64,000 bases of DNA. Source: an uncultured Chlamydiae bacterium (lineage in GTDB: Bacteria; Chlamydiota; Chlamydiia; Chlamydiales; SM23-39). Below the pieces are notes generated by a model. The model did not search any database. It was not told where the DNA came from and saw only the letters and a list, made by a program, of their open reading frames with translations. Made by a program: the position numbers and the translations under genes. Each line of letters opens with the position of its first letter. The first letter of the stretch is position 1. This document shows positions 38,162-47,520 of the stretch, one piece after another. Location: NCBI GenBank assembly GCA_963828125.1, contig CAWHDP010000002.1, forward strand, positions 640,001 to 704,000, given 5' to 3'.

Positions 38162-39677
38162 GCATGGATTTAGCCTAGCTCATCAAGAGGATCTTTTGCG
38201 AAGAGAGTGTGCTCGCAAAGGAATTCAAATAGTCGAGCACTTTAGAGATGATGGATATAGTGCAAAAGATTTTAAACGCCCCGATTTTCAACGACTTCTC
38301 GACTATCTTAAACGACACAAAAAGCAAATCCAATACCTCTTTGTAACCAAATGGTGTCGTTTTTCAAGGGATGTTGCCAATACGATTCTGATGAATCGTG
38401 AACTCCAATCGTATGGAACTCGCGTTGTTACTCTGGATGATGGAGAAGAATCTGATAATCCAGCCAGTTTCCTGCTCACCATGCTCAATATGACTCTTCC
38501 CGAGATCGATAACCGTATCCGTTCAAGAAATACTCGGGCTGGGATATTGCGAGCTTTAAAAGAAGGATTCTATCCTTATGGCGGCTCTCCCAAAGGTTAT
38601 TCCAAGGATCGAAGCAGTCAGAAAACACCTTTGCTAATTCTCAGTGAATTAGCGCCTTTAGTGAAAGAAGCATTCGAGGTTTTTGCAACAGGTGCTTTTC
38701 CTATTGAGGATGTTCGGAAGGCATCGTGGAAAAATGGGCTCAAATTGCAGCGTAGTCAGTTCGGACAGATGTTAAGAAATCCGGTTTACATGGGAAAGAT
38801 CTATGTTCCAGAAACGGAGAGCGAGGAGGCTCGTTTAGTCAATGGAGTCCACGAAGCTATTGTTCCCGAAGATCTCTTCTTGAAAGTGCAGAAAATCTTG
38901 ACCAAACGACTGGAAACAAATACGCATCTTTGCGCTAAAGAAAAGCTACGAGATGAACTCCCTTTGAGAGGACATTTGAAATGCCCTCAATGTGGAAAGA
39001 ACTGGACAGGAAGCATCTCTTCCGGAAATGGAGGAAAGTATCCCTATTACCATTGCGAAAAAGGATGCAAAGCGCGAGCAAGTGCCGCTACCGCTCATGA
39101 ACAGCTCTTTCAATTCCTGGATACTCTTCAACCTCCTCCCGAAGTCATCGACCTTCAAATGGCGATGATGGAAGTGCTTTTTAAGGCAAAAGAAGGAGAT
39201 AGAGATCAGCAAATCAAAAAGCTTCGAGCTGAGGTGGAGCAGCACAAACAAAATCTTTTGAAATTTGATCAGCAGCGATTCATATCAGGGGAATTGGAAG
39301 CGGATTCTTACCAGAGACTAAAAACTCATACTCTCGGAGAACTCGACAGACTAAACCTCAAGATCTCTGATTTGGAAATCTCAGATACGGCCTTTCAGAA
39401 GTATGCACGGTATGGAATGAGTCTTTTGAAAGATTTGACCTGGTACTTTCAGGAGGCTGGATTGGAAGCTAAGAGAAAACTGCTTGGTTCGATCTTCCCG
39501 GCAAAATTGACTTTTCAAGATGGAAAATATCGAACCGATGGCCTGAATCCGGCTTTGGCAATTATCCTACAGAAAACCAAGAACTTAGAAAGTGCAAAAA
39601 ATGGAGACATTGTCATTTCTGAAAATGTCTCCGGGGATGTGCCGGCGACCGGACTCGAACCAGCATCTTATTGCTAA
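38085..39677 (+). CDS. Large serine recombinase (resolvase, recombinase and Zn-ribbon domains)
   Basis: YTRVSTDEQ catalytic Ser, RPDFQRLL, RFSRD, NPVYMG and CPQCG...YYHC motifs. Confidence 0.93.
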   Translation: MKYSARDQRPKTAVIYTRVSTDEQAEHGFSLAHQEDLLRRECARKGIQIVEHFRDDGYSAKDFKRPDFQRLLDYLKRHKKQIQYLFVTKWCRFSRDVANTILMNRELQSYGTRVVTLDDGEESDNPASFLLTMLNMTLPEIDNRIRSRNTRAGILRALKEGFYPYGGSPKGYSKDRSSQKTPLLILSELAPLVKEAFEVFATGAFPIEDVRKASWKNGLKLQRSQFGQMLRNPVYMGKIYVPETESEEARLVNGVHEAIVPEDLFLKVQKILTKRLETNTHLCAKEKLRDELPLRGHLKCPQCGKNWTGSISSGNGGKYPYYHCEKGCKARASAATAHEQLFQFLDTLQPPPEVIDLQMAMMEVLFKAKEGDRDQQIKKLRAEVEQHKQNLLKFDQQRFISGELEADSYQRLKTHTLGELDRLNLKISDLEISDTAFQKYARYGMSLLKDLTWYFQEAGLEAKRKLLGSIFPAKLTFQDGKYRTDGLNPALAIILQKTKNLESAKNGDIVISENVSGDVPATGLEPASYC

Positions 39678-39723
39678 GAGTAGATTTTGAGTCTACCGCG
39701 TCTACCAATTTCGCCACGCCGGC
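39640..39723 (-). tRNA. tRNA-Leu(CAA), CCA not encoded
   Basis: GCCGGCGTGGCGAAATTGGTAGACGCGGTAGACTCAAAATCTAC...GGTTCGAGTCCGGTCGCCGGCA; long variable arm. Confidence 0.95.
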
Positions 39724-39769
39724 CTAAAAGAGTTCCATTGTAAACAATGATCCCCTTTTCTTGAAAGCT

Positions 39770-40612
39770 TTATGATCGGGAATACCCCTGGTGAGCTTTC
39801 GCCCAATTGTAAACCACCCTCTCTTTCCCTTCTCGGTCAAAGCGAACTTGTATGGAAAGATAGGGGTGGGGATGCCGATTATCCCCGTCCCTCCCCTCCC
39901 CTTTCTGGTAGAGCTTAATCAAAATCTCTTTATTGAACCACGGCTGGATAGCCAGTTCGCTTGCCTCAAGGCGCTGAAACTCTTGGCTCTCTTTGTCTTT
40001 CTTATAAATCGGATTCTCTTGGAAATACTGCATCAAAATCCCTGCAATCTCTTGGGGTCGCTCCTCCATCCCCTGAACATAAAAATCGACTTCAGCGCCC
40101 ATCTGATGCTTCGAAACTTTGTTTTCCTTCGAGGGATCTGAGTAGGTGTTGTGGACGGGACAGCGGTGGCCGCACGTAATGATGACACGTCGACCGGTCC
40201 TCTTCTGTAGATAATTGAGAAGTTCGATCAAAATCGGGTAAACTCCCTCTTTGCCGCGGATGATCGGAAGCCCATGGCTGCTCGACCCTTCACAATCAGC
40301 CAAGGGGTCTGACGTCTCTGGGTCGGTCATTAAAAGAGGAGGGTTCTGCGGACTGCCCTTGCAGCGAAAATAGTCTTTCGTAATCCGGGGCAGGTTGGTC
40401 TCCGATTCCCACGGATAGGGCCCCCTAGGGGTATGGACGAGGGGTTGCATCGGATAAAACCGATCCCCTTGATTTCGGTAAATCGGCTCCCCTTTACAAT
40501 TAAGGCGGCGAATCTTTTCTCTCTCTGACTGCTCCATTCCAGAACACCCGATCAGAAGAAACAGTGAGAATAATAAGACTTTTCGTATAGTCCGGATTGA
40601 GGCGATACCCAT
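39770..40612 (-). CDS. Lipoprotein with a peptidase M15A-like domain
   Basis: Lipobox LLIGC; ITCGHRCPVHN and SKHQMGAEVDF. Confidence 0.6.
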   Translation of the reverse strand: MGIASIRTIRKVLLFSLFLLIGCSGMEQSEREKIRRLNCKGEPIYRNQGDRFYPMQPLVHTPRGPYPWESETNLPRITKDYFRCKGSPQNPPLLMTDPETSDPLADCEGSSSHGLPIIRGKEGVYPILIELLNYLQKRTGRRVIITCGHRCPVHNTYSDPSKENKVSKHQMGAEVDFYVQGMEERPQEIAGILMQYFQENPIYKKDKESQEFQRLEASELAIQPWFNKEILIKLYQKGEGRDGDNRHPHPYLSIQVRFDREGKERVVYNWAKAHQGYSRS

Positions 40613-41819
40613 GTCGGATCACATTCTCCAGCAATTGCAGCAGTCGGCTGATTTGGCCCTCAAAAGCCAAACCGTCCAAGAGGGCGTCCAACACCTCTCA
40701 CACGCTTTTGCCCTCTTCTCTGAAGAGGCAGCCCGCCTTAAAAGCGCCTATTCAAGGTACCAAGAGCGTCTCGAGACTGTCAACCAAGAACTTGCCATGC
40801 AGACGGCAAGCGGGGTCTGGCTCAGGCGCATCCTCAGAGAAATCTCCGATGGGATTTTCTTTATCCACCTCGACGGAACAATCGCCCTCTGCAACGAGGC
40901 GGCTCAACTGTTGCTCAAAATCAAGCCAGAACAGATCCAATTGAAAAAATACTGGGAGGTCTTTCAAGATGAACTGTTTGGATTTTCTATGCGAGAGGCG
41001 CTTAAATTCGGAATTTCGCATCAGCACCTCTATCAAAAAGAACTCGAAATTTCAACCTCCTTTGTCTACGAGGGACCAAAATCATCGCACGGGATGATCC
41101 TCATCGTCAGGGATATCGGCGAAAAACAGAGGCTGCAGCTGATCGCAAACCGCAATGACCGGATGAAGGATCTCGGGCAAATGGCGGCAACGGTGGCTCA
41201 TGAGATCCGAAATCCTCTCGGAGGGATCCGCGGCTATGCTTCCCTCCTCTACCGAGACCTAAGAGAAAGTTGTCACCTGCAGGAGATGGCGGGATTCATC
41301 ATCGAGGGGACAAAATCGTTGGAAAAAATCGTGAGCGCGGTGCTCCACTACGCAAAACCTGTTGAAATCGAGCTGCAGACGCTCGATTTGGGATCCTTTC
41401 TCAAGCAGGTCGGAAAATTCATTAAGGTCGATCCGTCATTCCCTGCTCATGTGAAACTGGCTCTCCATATTCCCGACGCCCCGCTCCTCGCCCCGTTCGA
41501 CCCTCAGGCTCTGAAATCGGCGCTGCTGAACCTGATTTTCAACGCCTTCCAGGCAATGCCCCTTGGGGGCTCTCTCACTGTATCGCTGCTGAAAATCGAT
41601 TCCTCTTGCCAAATTGCCATCGCTGATACAGGGTTGGGAATGGGAGAGGATCAGCTAGAGCGGCTGTTCTCCCCCTTCTACACTACGAAAAAAGGGGGCA
41701 ACGGCCTCGGGTTGGTGGAGACGCAAAAAATCGTGCAAGCTCATAGGGGAACTCTCGATGTCCGCTCGCAGCCGAGAAAGGGAACTACATTTACAATCAC
41801 ATTGCCGCTAAAAAGGTAG
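40611..41819 (+). CDS. ctcB: PAS sensor histidine kinase (CtcB/AtoS-like)
   Basis: AHEIRNPLGGI H-box, NLIFNA, DTGLG, FSPFYTTK and GLGL motifs. Confidence 0.88.
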   Translation: MSDHILQQLQQSADLALKSQTVQEGVQHLSHAFALFSEEAARLKSAYSRYQERLETVNQELAMQTASGVWLRRILREISDGIFFIHLDGTIALCNEAAQLLLKIKPEQIQLKKYWEVFQDELFGFSMREALKFGISHQHLYQKELEISTSFVYEGPKSSHGMILIVRDIGEKQRLQLIANRNDRMKDLGQMAATVAHEIRNPLGGIRGYASLLYRDLRESCHLQEMAGFIIEGTKSLEKIVSAVLHYAKPVEIELQTLDLGSFLKQVGKFIKVDPSFPAHVKLALHIPDAPLLAPFDPQALKSALLNLIFNAFQAMPLGGSLTVSLLKIDSSCQIAIADTGLGMGEDQLERLFSPFYTTKKGGNGLGLVETQKIVQAHRGTLDVRSQPRKGTTFTITLPLKR

Positions 41820-41822
41820 AAT

Positions 41823-43163
41823 ATGATCGAAAAAATTCTCATTGTCGATGATGAGCCTCTGATGCTCCGCTTCATGGCCGATCTATTGCGGCGCCATGGC
41901 AAGGAGCCACTGTCTGCATCAAACGGGGCCGAGGCGATCCAAATCTTGGAAAAAGAGCCGATCGATCTGGTGATCACCGATATGAAAATGCCACTGAAAA
42001 ATGGTCTTGATGTCCTAAAAGCTGCCAAAACGGCAGATCATGCGCCTTTAGTGATTCTCGCTACCGCTCATGGGACGATCGAATCGGCGGTTGAGGCAAT
42101 GAGGCTCGGGGCGTTTCATTATTTGATCAAACCGTTTTCTCCAGAGGCGCTCGAGAGCGCTCTTGAAAAAGCAGAGGAGCATTTACGCCTCGTCAAGGAA
42201 AATAAATTTTACCGGGAAGATGCAAAGGTCCCTCTCCTCATCGCTGAAAGTTTCGCGATGAAGCGGATCTTGCAGGATCTCGAAAAAATCGCCAAAGCTC
42301 ACGCGAGTGTCTTCATAACGGGTGAGTCGGGGACTGGCAAGGAGGTGATCGCAGGGGCGATTCACGAACTCTCGCCAAGGACGCAGTATCCATTCATCAA
42401 AGTAAACTGCGCGGCCATTCCAGAGACGCTCCTCGAATCGGAGTTTTTCGGCCATGAGCGGGGTTCATTTACAGGGGCTCATATCAGAAAAACGGGAAGG
42501 TTTGAACTGGCAGACAGGGGCACTTTATTATTGGACGAGGTCACCGAAATTCCACTGGTGCTGCAACCTAAGCTCTTAAGGGCGATACAAGAACAGGAAT
42601 TCGAACGGGTCGGGGGGACGCGACAGATCAAAGTGAATGTCCGATTTTTGGCAACGTCAAACCGAAATATGCAAGAGGCAATTGAAACAAAGGTATTTAG
42701 GGAAGACCTCTTTTATCGATTGAATGTCGTGCCGATCCACATCCCCCCACTGAGGGAGCGTCGCGAAGATATTTTGCCGCTGGCCCGCCACTTTCTCGAG
42801 AAATTTTGTGCGGAAAATCATAAACCGCTAAAAATATTCACCGAGGCGGCGGCGAAAAAACTCCTCGACTACCCCTGGCCCGGAAATATTAGGGAGCTTG
42901 CCAATATGATCGAAAGGACGGTCGTACTCGATTTCGATCCCCTCATCGATGCAGGGCATCTCTACCTCGATTCCACTGCATTGGCCCCGGCCAAAGAACT
43001 CAAAAAAGGGATGACGCTTCACGCAATGGAAAAACAGCTCATCCTCGAAACGCTCGACGCTCACCACCAAAACCGAACCCGTACGGCGGCCATCTTGGGA
43101 ATCAGCGTCCGGACTCTTCGCAATAAACTCCATGAATATGGAGATCAATCCACCGCCTCTTGA
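41823..43163 (+). CDS. ctcC: Sigma-54-dependent response regulator (CtcC/AtoC-like)
   Basis: Receiver domain, GESGTGKE, GSFTGA, WPGNIREL and Fis-type HTH. Confidence 0.92.
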   Translation: MIEKILIVDDEPLMLRFMADLLRRHGKEPLSASNGAEAIQILEKEPIDLVITDMKMPLKNGLDVLKAAKTADHAPLVILATAHGTIESAVEAMRLGAFHYLIKPFSPEALESALEKAEEHLRLVKENKFYREDAKVPLLIAESFAMKRILQDLEKIAKAHASVFITGESGTGKEVIAGAIHELSPRTQYPFIKVNCAAIPETLLESEFFGHERGSFTGAHIRKTGRFELADRGTLLLDEVTEIPLVLQPKLLRAIQEQEFERVGGTRQIKVNVRFLATSNRNMQEAIETKVFREDLFYRLNVVPIHIPPLRERREDILPLARHFLEKFCAENHKPLKIFTEAAAKKLLDYPWPGNIRELANMIERTVVLDFDPLIDAGHLYLDSTALAPAKELKKGMTLHAMEKQLILETLDAHHQNRTRTAAILGISVRTLRNKLHEYGDQSTAS

Positions 43164-44752
43164 TACTTTAACGCTAACTGAAGCCAAGATTTCCAAAACT
43201 CATCTCCCGGCTTATAAAGCTGGTAAACATCGTAAAAAAGGGCACAGTAGGCGATCTCTTCTTTCAGCTCTATTTCTGCAAGGGCGGTAGATCCTCTCTT
43301 CGTCCCAGACAGCACTTCAAGATGGCCCACGACTCGATCCAAGCTCCCTCTCAACTCCCTTATCGCCTCTCCGATTTTCTTGTCCGTTCCCGCCGGCATC
43401 GGATTCCGGTCGATCGCCTCCCGCACCAGCTTCCAAATATCTCGTTGCTCAAACCCTTTCGCAGCTTCACTCAACGGGACGTAATCAATCCCCCGAAATC
43501 CGATCCCTCCGTCTGTCGTATTGATGAAACGGATCTTTTTATGCTTTTTGGCAAAATCAGAGAGGCTCGCCGACTCCATGATCCACCGAACCGCGCTCAA
43601 AACAGATTCGCCGCTCCGATTCTTTCGCCGGATAATCCGGTCGGCTGCCGATTTTTCCGCATCGATCTCCTTCCAAGCCACCTCTTTCTCTTGGCTCACC
43701 CCTGAGGCGTACCTCCGGTTCCCCGTATAAGCCATATCGACCCCGTTGATTAAAATGGGGTTGCAACCTAAAAACTGAGCCCACGCAACGCAAATAGCCG
43801 TGACCGAAATCGCCTCGGGCGAGAGAAAATCGCCCATCAACGGCCCAAGGAGGCCAAGCTCCTCCTCAAGCCAAAGTTCAGGCGCCCCTCCAATTCCGCT
43901 CCGCATATAGCCGAATGGGCCGTTGCAGGTCTGAAAAATCGACGGATGGACCCGGGTCGAGTAGAGGAGGGGCATCTCAAAGGCAAAGCTATTCTTCAAA
44001 CGGCGATACTCCTCCAGATTAGGATCGAGCGCCATCCCAAAATGGGGCACGATCCCCTGCGAGCTGAGAGCTGCGAGGGTCGACCCTCCCGCAATGATGA
44101 GCGCCTGATCCACGAGAGGCCGGAGCTGTTCAATGGATGACTGCAGAGAGGGTCCTGCTCCACAGACAATCGCCGGCATTCCTGTAAACGCCCCTTTCAG
44201 ACCATTCGCATAAAAGGAGCGGGGCAAGCGCCGTATATTTTCGATAAAATGGCGAAAAGGTTGGTAGCCGTGCAGCCGGTCGATATGGAGAGCGTGGGCA
44301 AGGGCCGTTTTTCGGAGGAATTTGAGCCGAAGGGGAGAGAGCCCTTTTTTAGACTGGAGGGCGGCCACTTCAATTCGCTGGAGGGGAAATCGCTGAGCAA
44401 GGGCCTCGATCTCCTCCGTTTTTTTAGAGAAAAGCTCGAGATGAACTTGAGGATCAGACAAAATCTCAATGGCTTCGGAGCGATGGAGAAACGAGGCGAT
44501 GAGGCTTGGGTCGTCCTCGAGAAAAATCAACTGCCGTTTGGGAGATTGGCGCAGCCACTCTTTACAGTGGGCATAGATAGAGGAGTGGAGCCCATAAAAA
44601 TAGAGCGCCTCGATGTTCTCAATATTGGGAAGGGGCACCGTTTCATTCACAGGCTCTCTCCTCTCCCAAGTGCCTGCCGCTAGGCCAAGACCAGGAAACC
44701 GTTCCATGAGCAGCTGCACCGCTTCGCTATACGTAGATAAGCTTTCTCCCAT
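43145..44752 (-). CDS. Maf/DUF115 (MptE-like) family protein
   Basis: PAIVCGAGPSL, GVDMAY and FINTTDGG motifs. Confidence 0.75.
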   Translation of the reverse strand: MGESLSTYSEAVQLLMERFPGLGLAAGTWERREPVNETVPLPNIENIEALYFYGLHSSIYAHCKEWLRQSPKRQLIFLEDDPSLIASFLHRSEAIEILSDPQVHLELFSKKTEEIEALAQRFPLQRIEVAALQSKKGLSPLRLKFLRKTALAHALHIDRLHGYQPFRHFIENIRRLPRSFYANGLKGAFTGMPAIVCGAGPSLQSSIEQLRPLVDQALIIAGGSTLAALSSQGIVPHFGMALDPNLEEYRRLKNSFAFEMPLLYSTRVHPSIFQTCNGPFGYMRSGIGGAPELWLEEELGLLGPLMGDFLSPEAISVTAICVAWAQFLGCNPILINGVDMAYTGNRRYASGVSQEKEVAWKEIDAEKSAADRIIRRKNRSGESVLSAVRWIMESASLSDFAKKHKKIRFINTTDGGIGFRGIDYVPLSEAAKGFEQRDIWKLVREAIDRNPMPAGTDKKIGEAIRELRGSLDRVVGHLEVLSGTKRGSTALAEIELKEEIAYCALFYDVYQLYKPGDEFWKSWLQLALKYQEAVD

Positions 44753-45215
44753 TCCAGTACCCCTCTTTTTCGACCCAAATATTTTGGAATCGATCCCAAA
44801 TCTTTTCCCGGTAGCTGTCTAAATCGAACCAAATCGCCTCGACCCGGATTTCGCCTGCATCGTCCCATTGCCGCAAATTAAAACGGGTCTCATCCAGATA
44901 TTCGATCTCTTCAACAAGTCTCCCCTTCTTGTTGAACCGCCGATGGACGCCAATGGCCTTCCCCATCTGGTATTCCCCTTCATCCAACAAATCCCCCTCC
45001 TCGCTCCACATCTGGTCGAGTCCATCTCGAACCCCTCGGACAAAACGGCACTTCCGCTTCATCCTCCCGTTCGGCCAATAGAGGAGAGACTCTCCATTGA
45101 GCCTGCCCTCCACATAATTTTCAACCGTTTTAAGAGTCCCATCTTCGTAGAAATACTCTCTTTTCGTTTCGCTTTGGGTCGAGTAAAGCGCGCCGCTACG
45201 ATAATATAGATCCAT
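44727..45215 (-). CDS. MORN-variant repeat (YwqK-like) protein
   Basis: Repeated Y-x-x-G-x-L / G-x-x-x-G units. Confidence 0.7.
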   Translation of the reverse strand: MDLYYRSGALYSTQSETKREYFYEDGTLKTVENYVEGRLNGESLLYWPNGRMKRKCRFVRGVRDGLDQMWSEEGDLLDEGEYQMGKAIGVHRRFNKKGRLVEEIEYLDETRFNLRQWDDAGEIRVEAIWFDLDSYREKIWDRFQNIWVEKEGYWNGRKLIYV

Positions 45216-46491
45216 GTTCCTCAAGTACTGTTTGAAAAAAGACGCTCCGATGCACTTCTAATTTTTGCCGCGGGTCCATTTCCACTTCCCGTTCAAAAAC
45301 AGGCCTCCAAATCTCCCAAAGCGGCAAAAGCAGCTTCTGGTATACCACTTCGTCCTCTAAAAAGACACCTTTTTTTTTACAATTCCTTAACGAAAGATCC
45401 CATTCTTTCCACCTCTCTCCACTCGAAGAGAGCGGGAGCCGTTGCATGGTCTCGTGTACTAAAACCCGTAAGTCCTTCTCGATAGGACACCTTTTCAATA
45501 CATCCGATAACTTCTCCGCAGGAAGGGCTAAAAGGCCCCCTTCCGTCGCATTGATAAAATCGCGCCCCTCTGCCATCTTTTCAGTCCACTCAGCCCCCAT
45601 CAGCCAATCTCTTTGCGTCATTTTGCCGCGTGCCTGGATCAACCCTTCAGGGATCTCCGCCTCTATTTGGGCGTACTTCCTCCCCTCTTCGTAACAAAGA
45701 TCCATCCCCACAAAGACAATCGGCGAGCACCCCATATGAACCGCGGCCGCCGTTAAAAAATTCCCCACAGTCCACCCCCCATCAAACCGCTCTTCGCCAT
45801 GGATCCAATTGATCGGATCAGACGAGCTATCTGGGAAGAGGAGCCTCTCCCCATGCACCAAAGAGGCATTATCGCGGCTCATCCGGCTCTGATAGCAGAA
45901 AGGGATCTCGGAAAACGGCTGTATTTTAAACTGCCGGTACGGAGCCTCCGCATCGATCGCACCGCCAAAATGGGGCTCCATATCGATCTCATTTAACGCG
46001 CTTCCGCCCGCAAAAATCAACGCCCTTTTTGCAAATGCGGAGAGGAGGCGCCCATTTTTCTTCAGAGAGGGCCCGGCGCCCACAATGATCGCCGGAATCC
46101 CCGCAAACGCCCCCGCTAAAGCGATCCCCCTCCGGTAAGCCATTTGGTTGGCCCTCGCATTTTCCATCGGTTTGATCCAATAGCCAGCCGCCTCCGATAG
46201 AATCAATCCAGCTGCTAAATGACACCGTTCCAACTCCTTTTTGAGCGGCCCTTCGCCGATCACCGCCATGTTCCTCAACACCGCCGACCAACCGATTTTC
46301 CGGGCGATCGCCTCCATTTGCAGCGGCGACTCAAGGAGATAAATCTTCACCCTCGGGTCGTCGCTTGCCCGCTCGCTCTCCGATACAATCGCAACACGGC
46401 GCACCGCATCGACCCAAGACAAAGCTTCTCTATATAAAGCCTCGTCCCATCCAATCACGCAAACAAATTCAGAATCTTCGGGAAATCGCAT
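45196..46491 (-). CDS. Second Maf/DUF115 family protein
   Basis: PAIIVGAGPSL, GMDLCY and FINATEGG motifs. Confidence 0.75.
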   Translation of the reverse strand: MRFPEDSEFVCVIGWDEALYREALSWVDAVRRVAIVSESERASDDPRVKIYLLESPLQMEAIARKIGWSAVLRNMAVIGEGPLKKELERCHLAAGLILSEAAGYWIKPMENARANQMAYRRGIALAGAFAGIPAIIVGAGPSLKKNGRLLSAFAKRALIFAGGSALNEIDMEPHFGGAIDAEAPYRQFKIQPFSEIPFCYQSRMSRDNASLVHGERLLFPDSSSDPINWIHGEERFDGGWTVGNFLTAAAVHMGCSPIVFVGMDLCYEEGRKYAQIEAEIPEGLIQARGKMTQRDWLMGAEWTEKMAEGRDFINATEGGLLALPAEKLSDVLKRCPIEKDLRVLVHETMQRLPLSSSGERWKEWDLSLRNCKKKGVFLEDEVVYQKLLLPLWEIWRPVFEREVEMDPRQKLEVHRSVFFQTVLEEHGSILS

Positions 46492-46858
46492 AGAGCTCGC
46501 CAAACACCGGCAAAAACGGAACCGAAGCCAGCCTCCCCTTTTCGTGCCAAAACGTCAGAATCTCTTGAGCGCCCGCCACACAAATAAAGGGCGCCCCTAT
46601 GATCTCATTATAACCTAGGGCTTGGCTGATCGCCGCCTCATCCACCGCGCCCGCCTTGCACTCGACCAACAAAAGGGGAGTCATCTCTCTCGTATAACAG
46701 AGGAGATCATAGCGCCTAGCGCCAGACTTTCGCTCCACGGAGATCAGCCCCTTTGGGAACCCCCATTCATCCACCATTTTTTGAATCAAAGCCTGCCGAA
46801 TCTTCTCCTCGGGGCGTCGACTACTGTATTTGGACAAGGCCGTAATTTCGATCTTCAC
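46469..46858 (-). CDS. HsdR N-terminal-like PD-(D/E)XK domain protein
   Basis: PEEKIRQ, RYD, LLVECKA and QALGYN motifs. Confidence 0.75.
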   Translation of the reverse strand: MKIEITALSKYSSRRPEEKIRQALIQKMVDEWGFPKGLISVERKSGARRYDLLCYTREMTPLLLVECKAGAVDEAAISQALGYNEIIGAPFICVAGAQEILTFWHEKGRLASVPFLPVFGELYAISRRF

Positions 46859-47444
46859 GACGGTAGATCACCTTGATTTTCTGATCCTCTTCAGATCTAA
46901 AGATTAAAAAAGGATCGCTTGTGATCTCCATTTTCATGATCGCCTCATCTTGCGTCAAAGTCTTGAGCGGCATCGTATCCTTGGCAACCACTTGGTGCAG
47001 CTTATATTTTTCCTCTTCAACCCGGGCCGATTCAGCCTGAATTTCGTCGTTGATTTCGCTTAAGTCGTCCTTCAACGACTGGATCACATTAACGTGAATA
47101 TCCACCGTACTCAAGTGCTTATTGCGATAATCGTGCAATTTGGACTTATAGCGCCGGATCAATCGGGTCACTCGATCGATCGCCTTATCGATCGCTTCAT
47201 ACATATTGTCCTTGCCCACCTGAACCTTGATTTGAAACCGGATAAAATTCATCAAGATCGAACACGACTTTTCCAATTTTTGGGCGTCAAGAACGACATG
47301 GACGTCGATGATCTGATCGGTGATCCGTTCAATTCTCGTCAATTTCTCCCATACATAGTTCCGAATCGCATCGGTAATCTCGATGTGTTTACCGAGGATA
47401 TAGAGAATGTATTGCTCATTTGCGAACTTATTCGTCTTTGGCAT
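46821..47444 (-). CDS. hpf: Ribosome hibernation promoting factor (long HPF)
   Basis: GKHIEITDAIRNY, MYEAID and VIYRREDRNYGLV motifs. Confidence 0.88.
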   Translation of the reverse strand: MPKTNKFANEQYILYILGKHIEITDAIRNYVWEKLTRIERITDQIIDVHVVLDAQKLEKSCSILMNFIRFQIKVQVGKDNMYEAIDKAIDRVTRLIRRYKSKLHDYRNKHLSTVDIHVNVIQSLKDDLSEINDEIQAESARVEEEKYKLHQVVAKDTMPLKTLTQDEAIMKMEITSDPFLIFRSEEDQKIKVIYRREDRNYGLVQIQ

Positions 47445-47520
47445 AACCCGTCCTTCAATAACCAGTCAGTCTATCACTTAACTTCTTGCCTGCCAAGCAA
47501 ATTTTGATCATAATACCCTC

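Larger units (their letters stand above)
27520..39653. mobile_element. Putative ~12-kb serine-recombinase integrative element at tRNA-Leu(CAA) carrying leu genes
   Basis: Bounded by GGGGATGTGCC-NNN-GACCGGA...CTCGAACCA at ~27514-27548 and at the tRNA 3' end; contains recombinase, TA pair and DUF5681. Confidence 0.7.

Noticed and set aside
27520..39653. Prophage or conjugative element
   Set aside because: No structural, large terminase, relaxase or T4SS genes are visible.
44727..45215. YwqJK toxin-antitoxin pair
   Set aside because: Generic MORN-like repeats with no adjacent toxin.
46469..46858. Type I restriction-modification system
   Set aside because: Only a stand-alone HsdR-N-like domain; no hsdM, hsdS or helicase.
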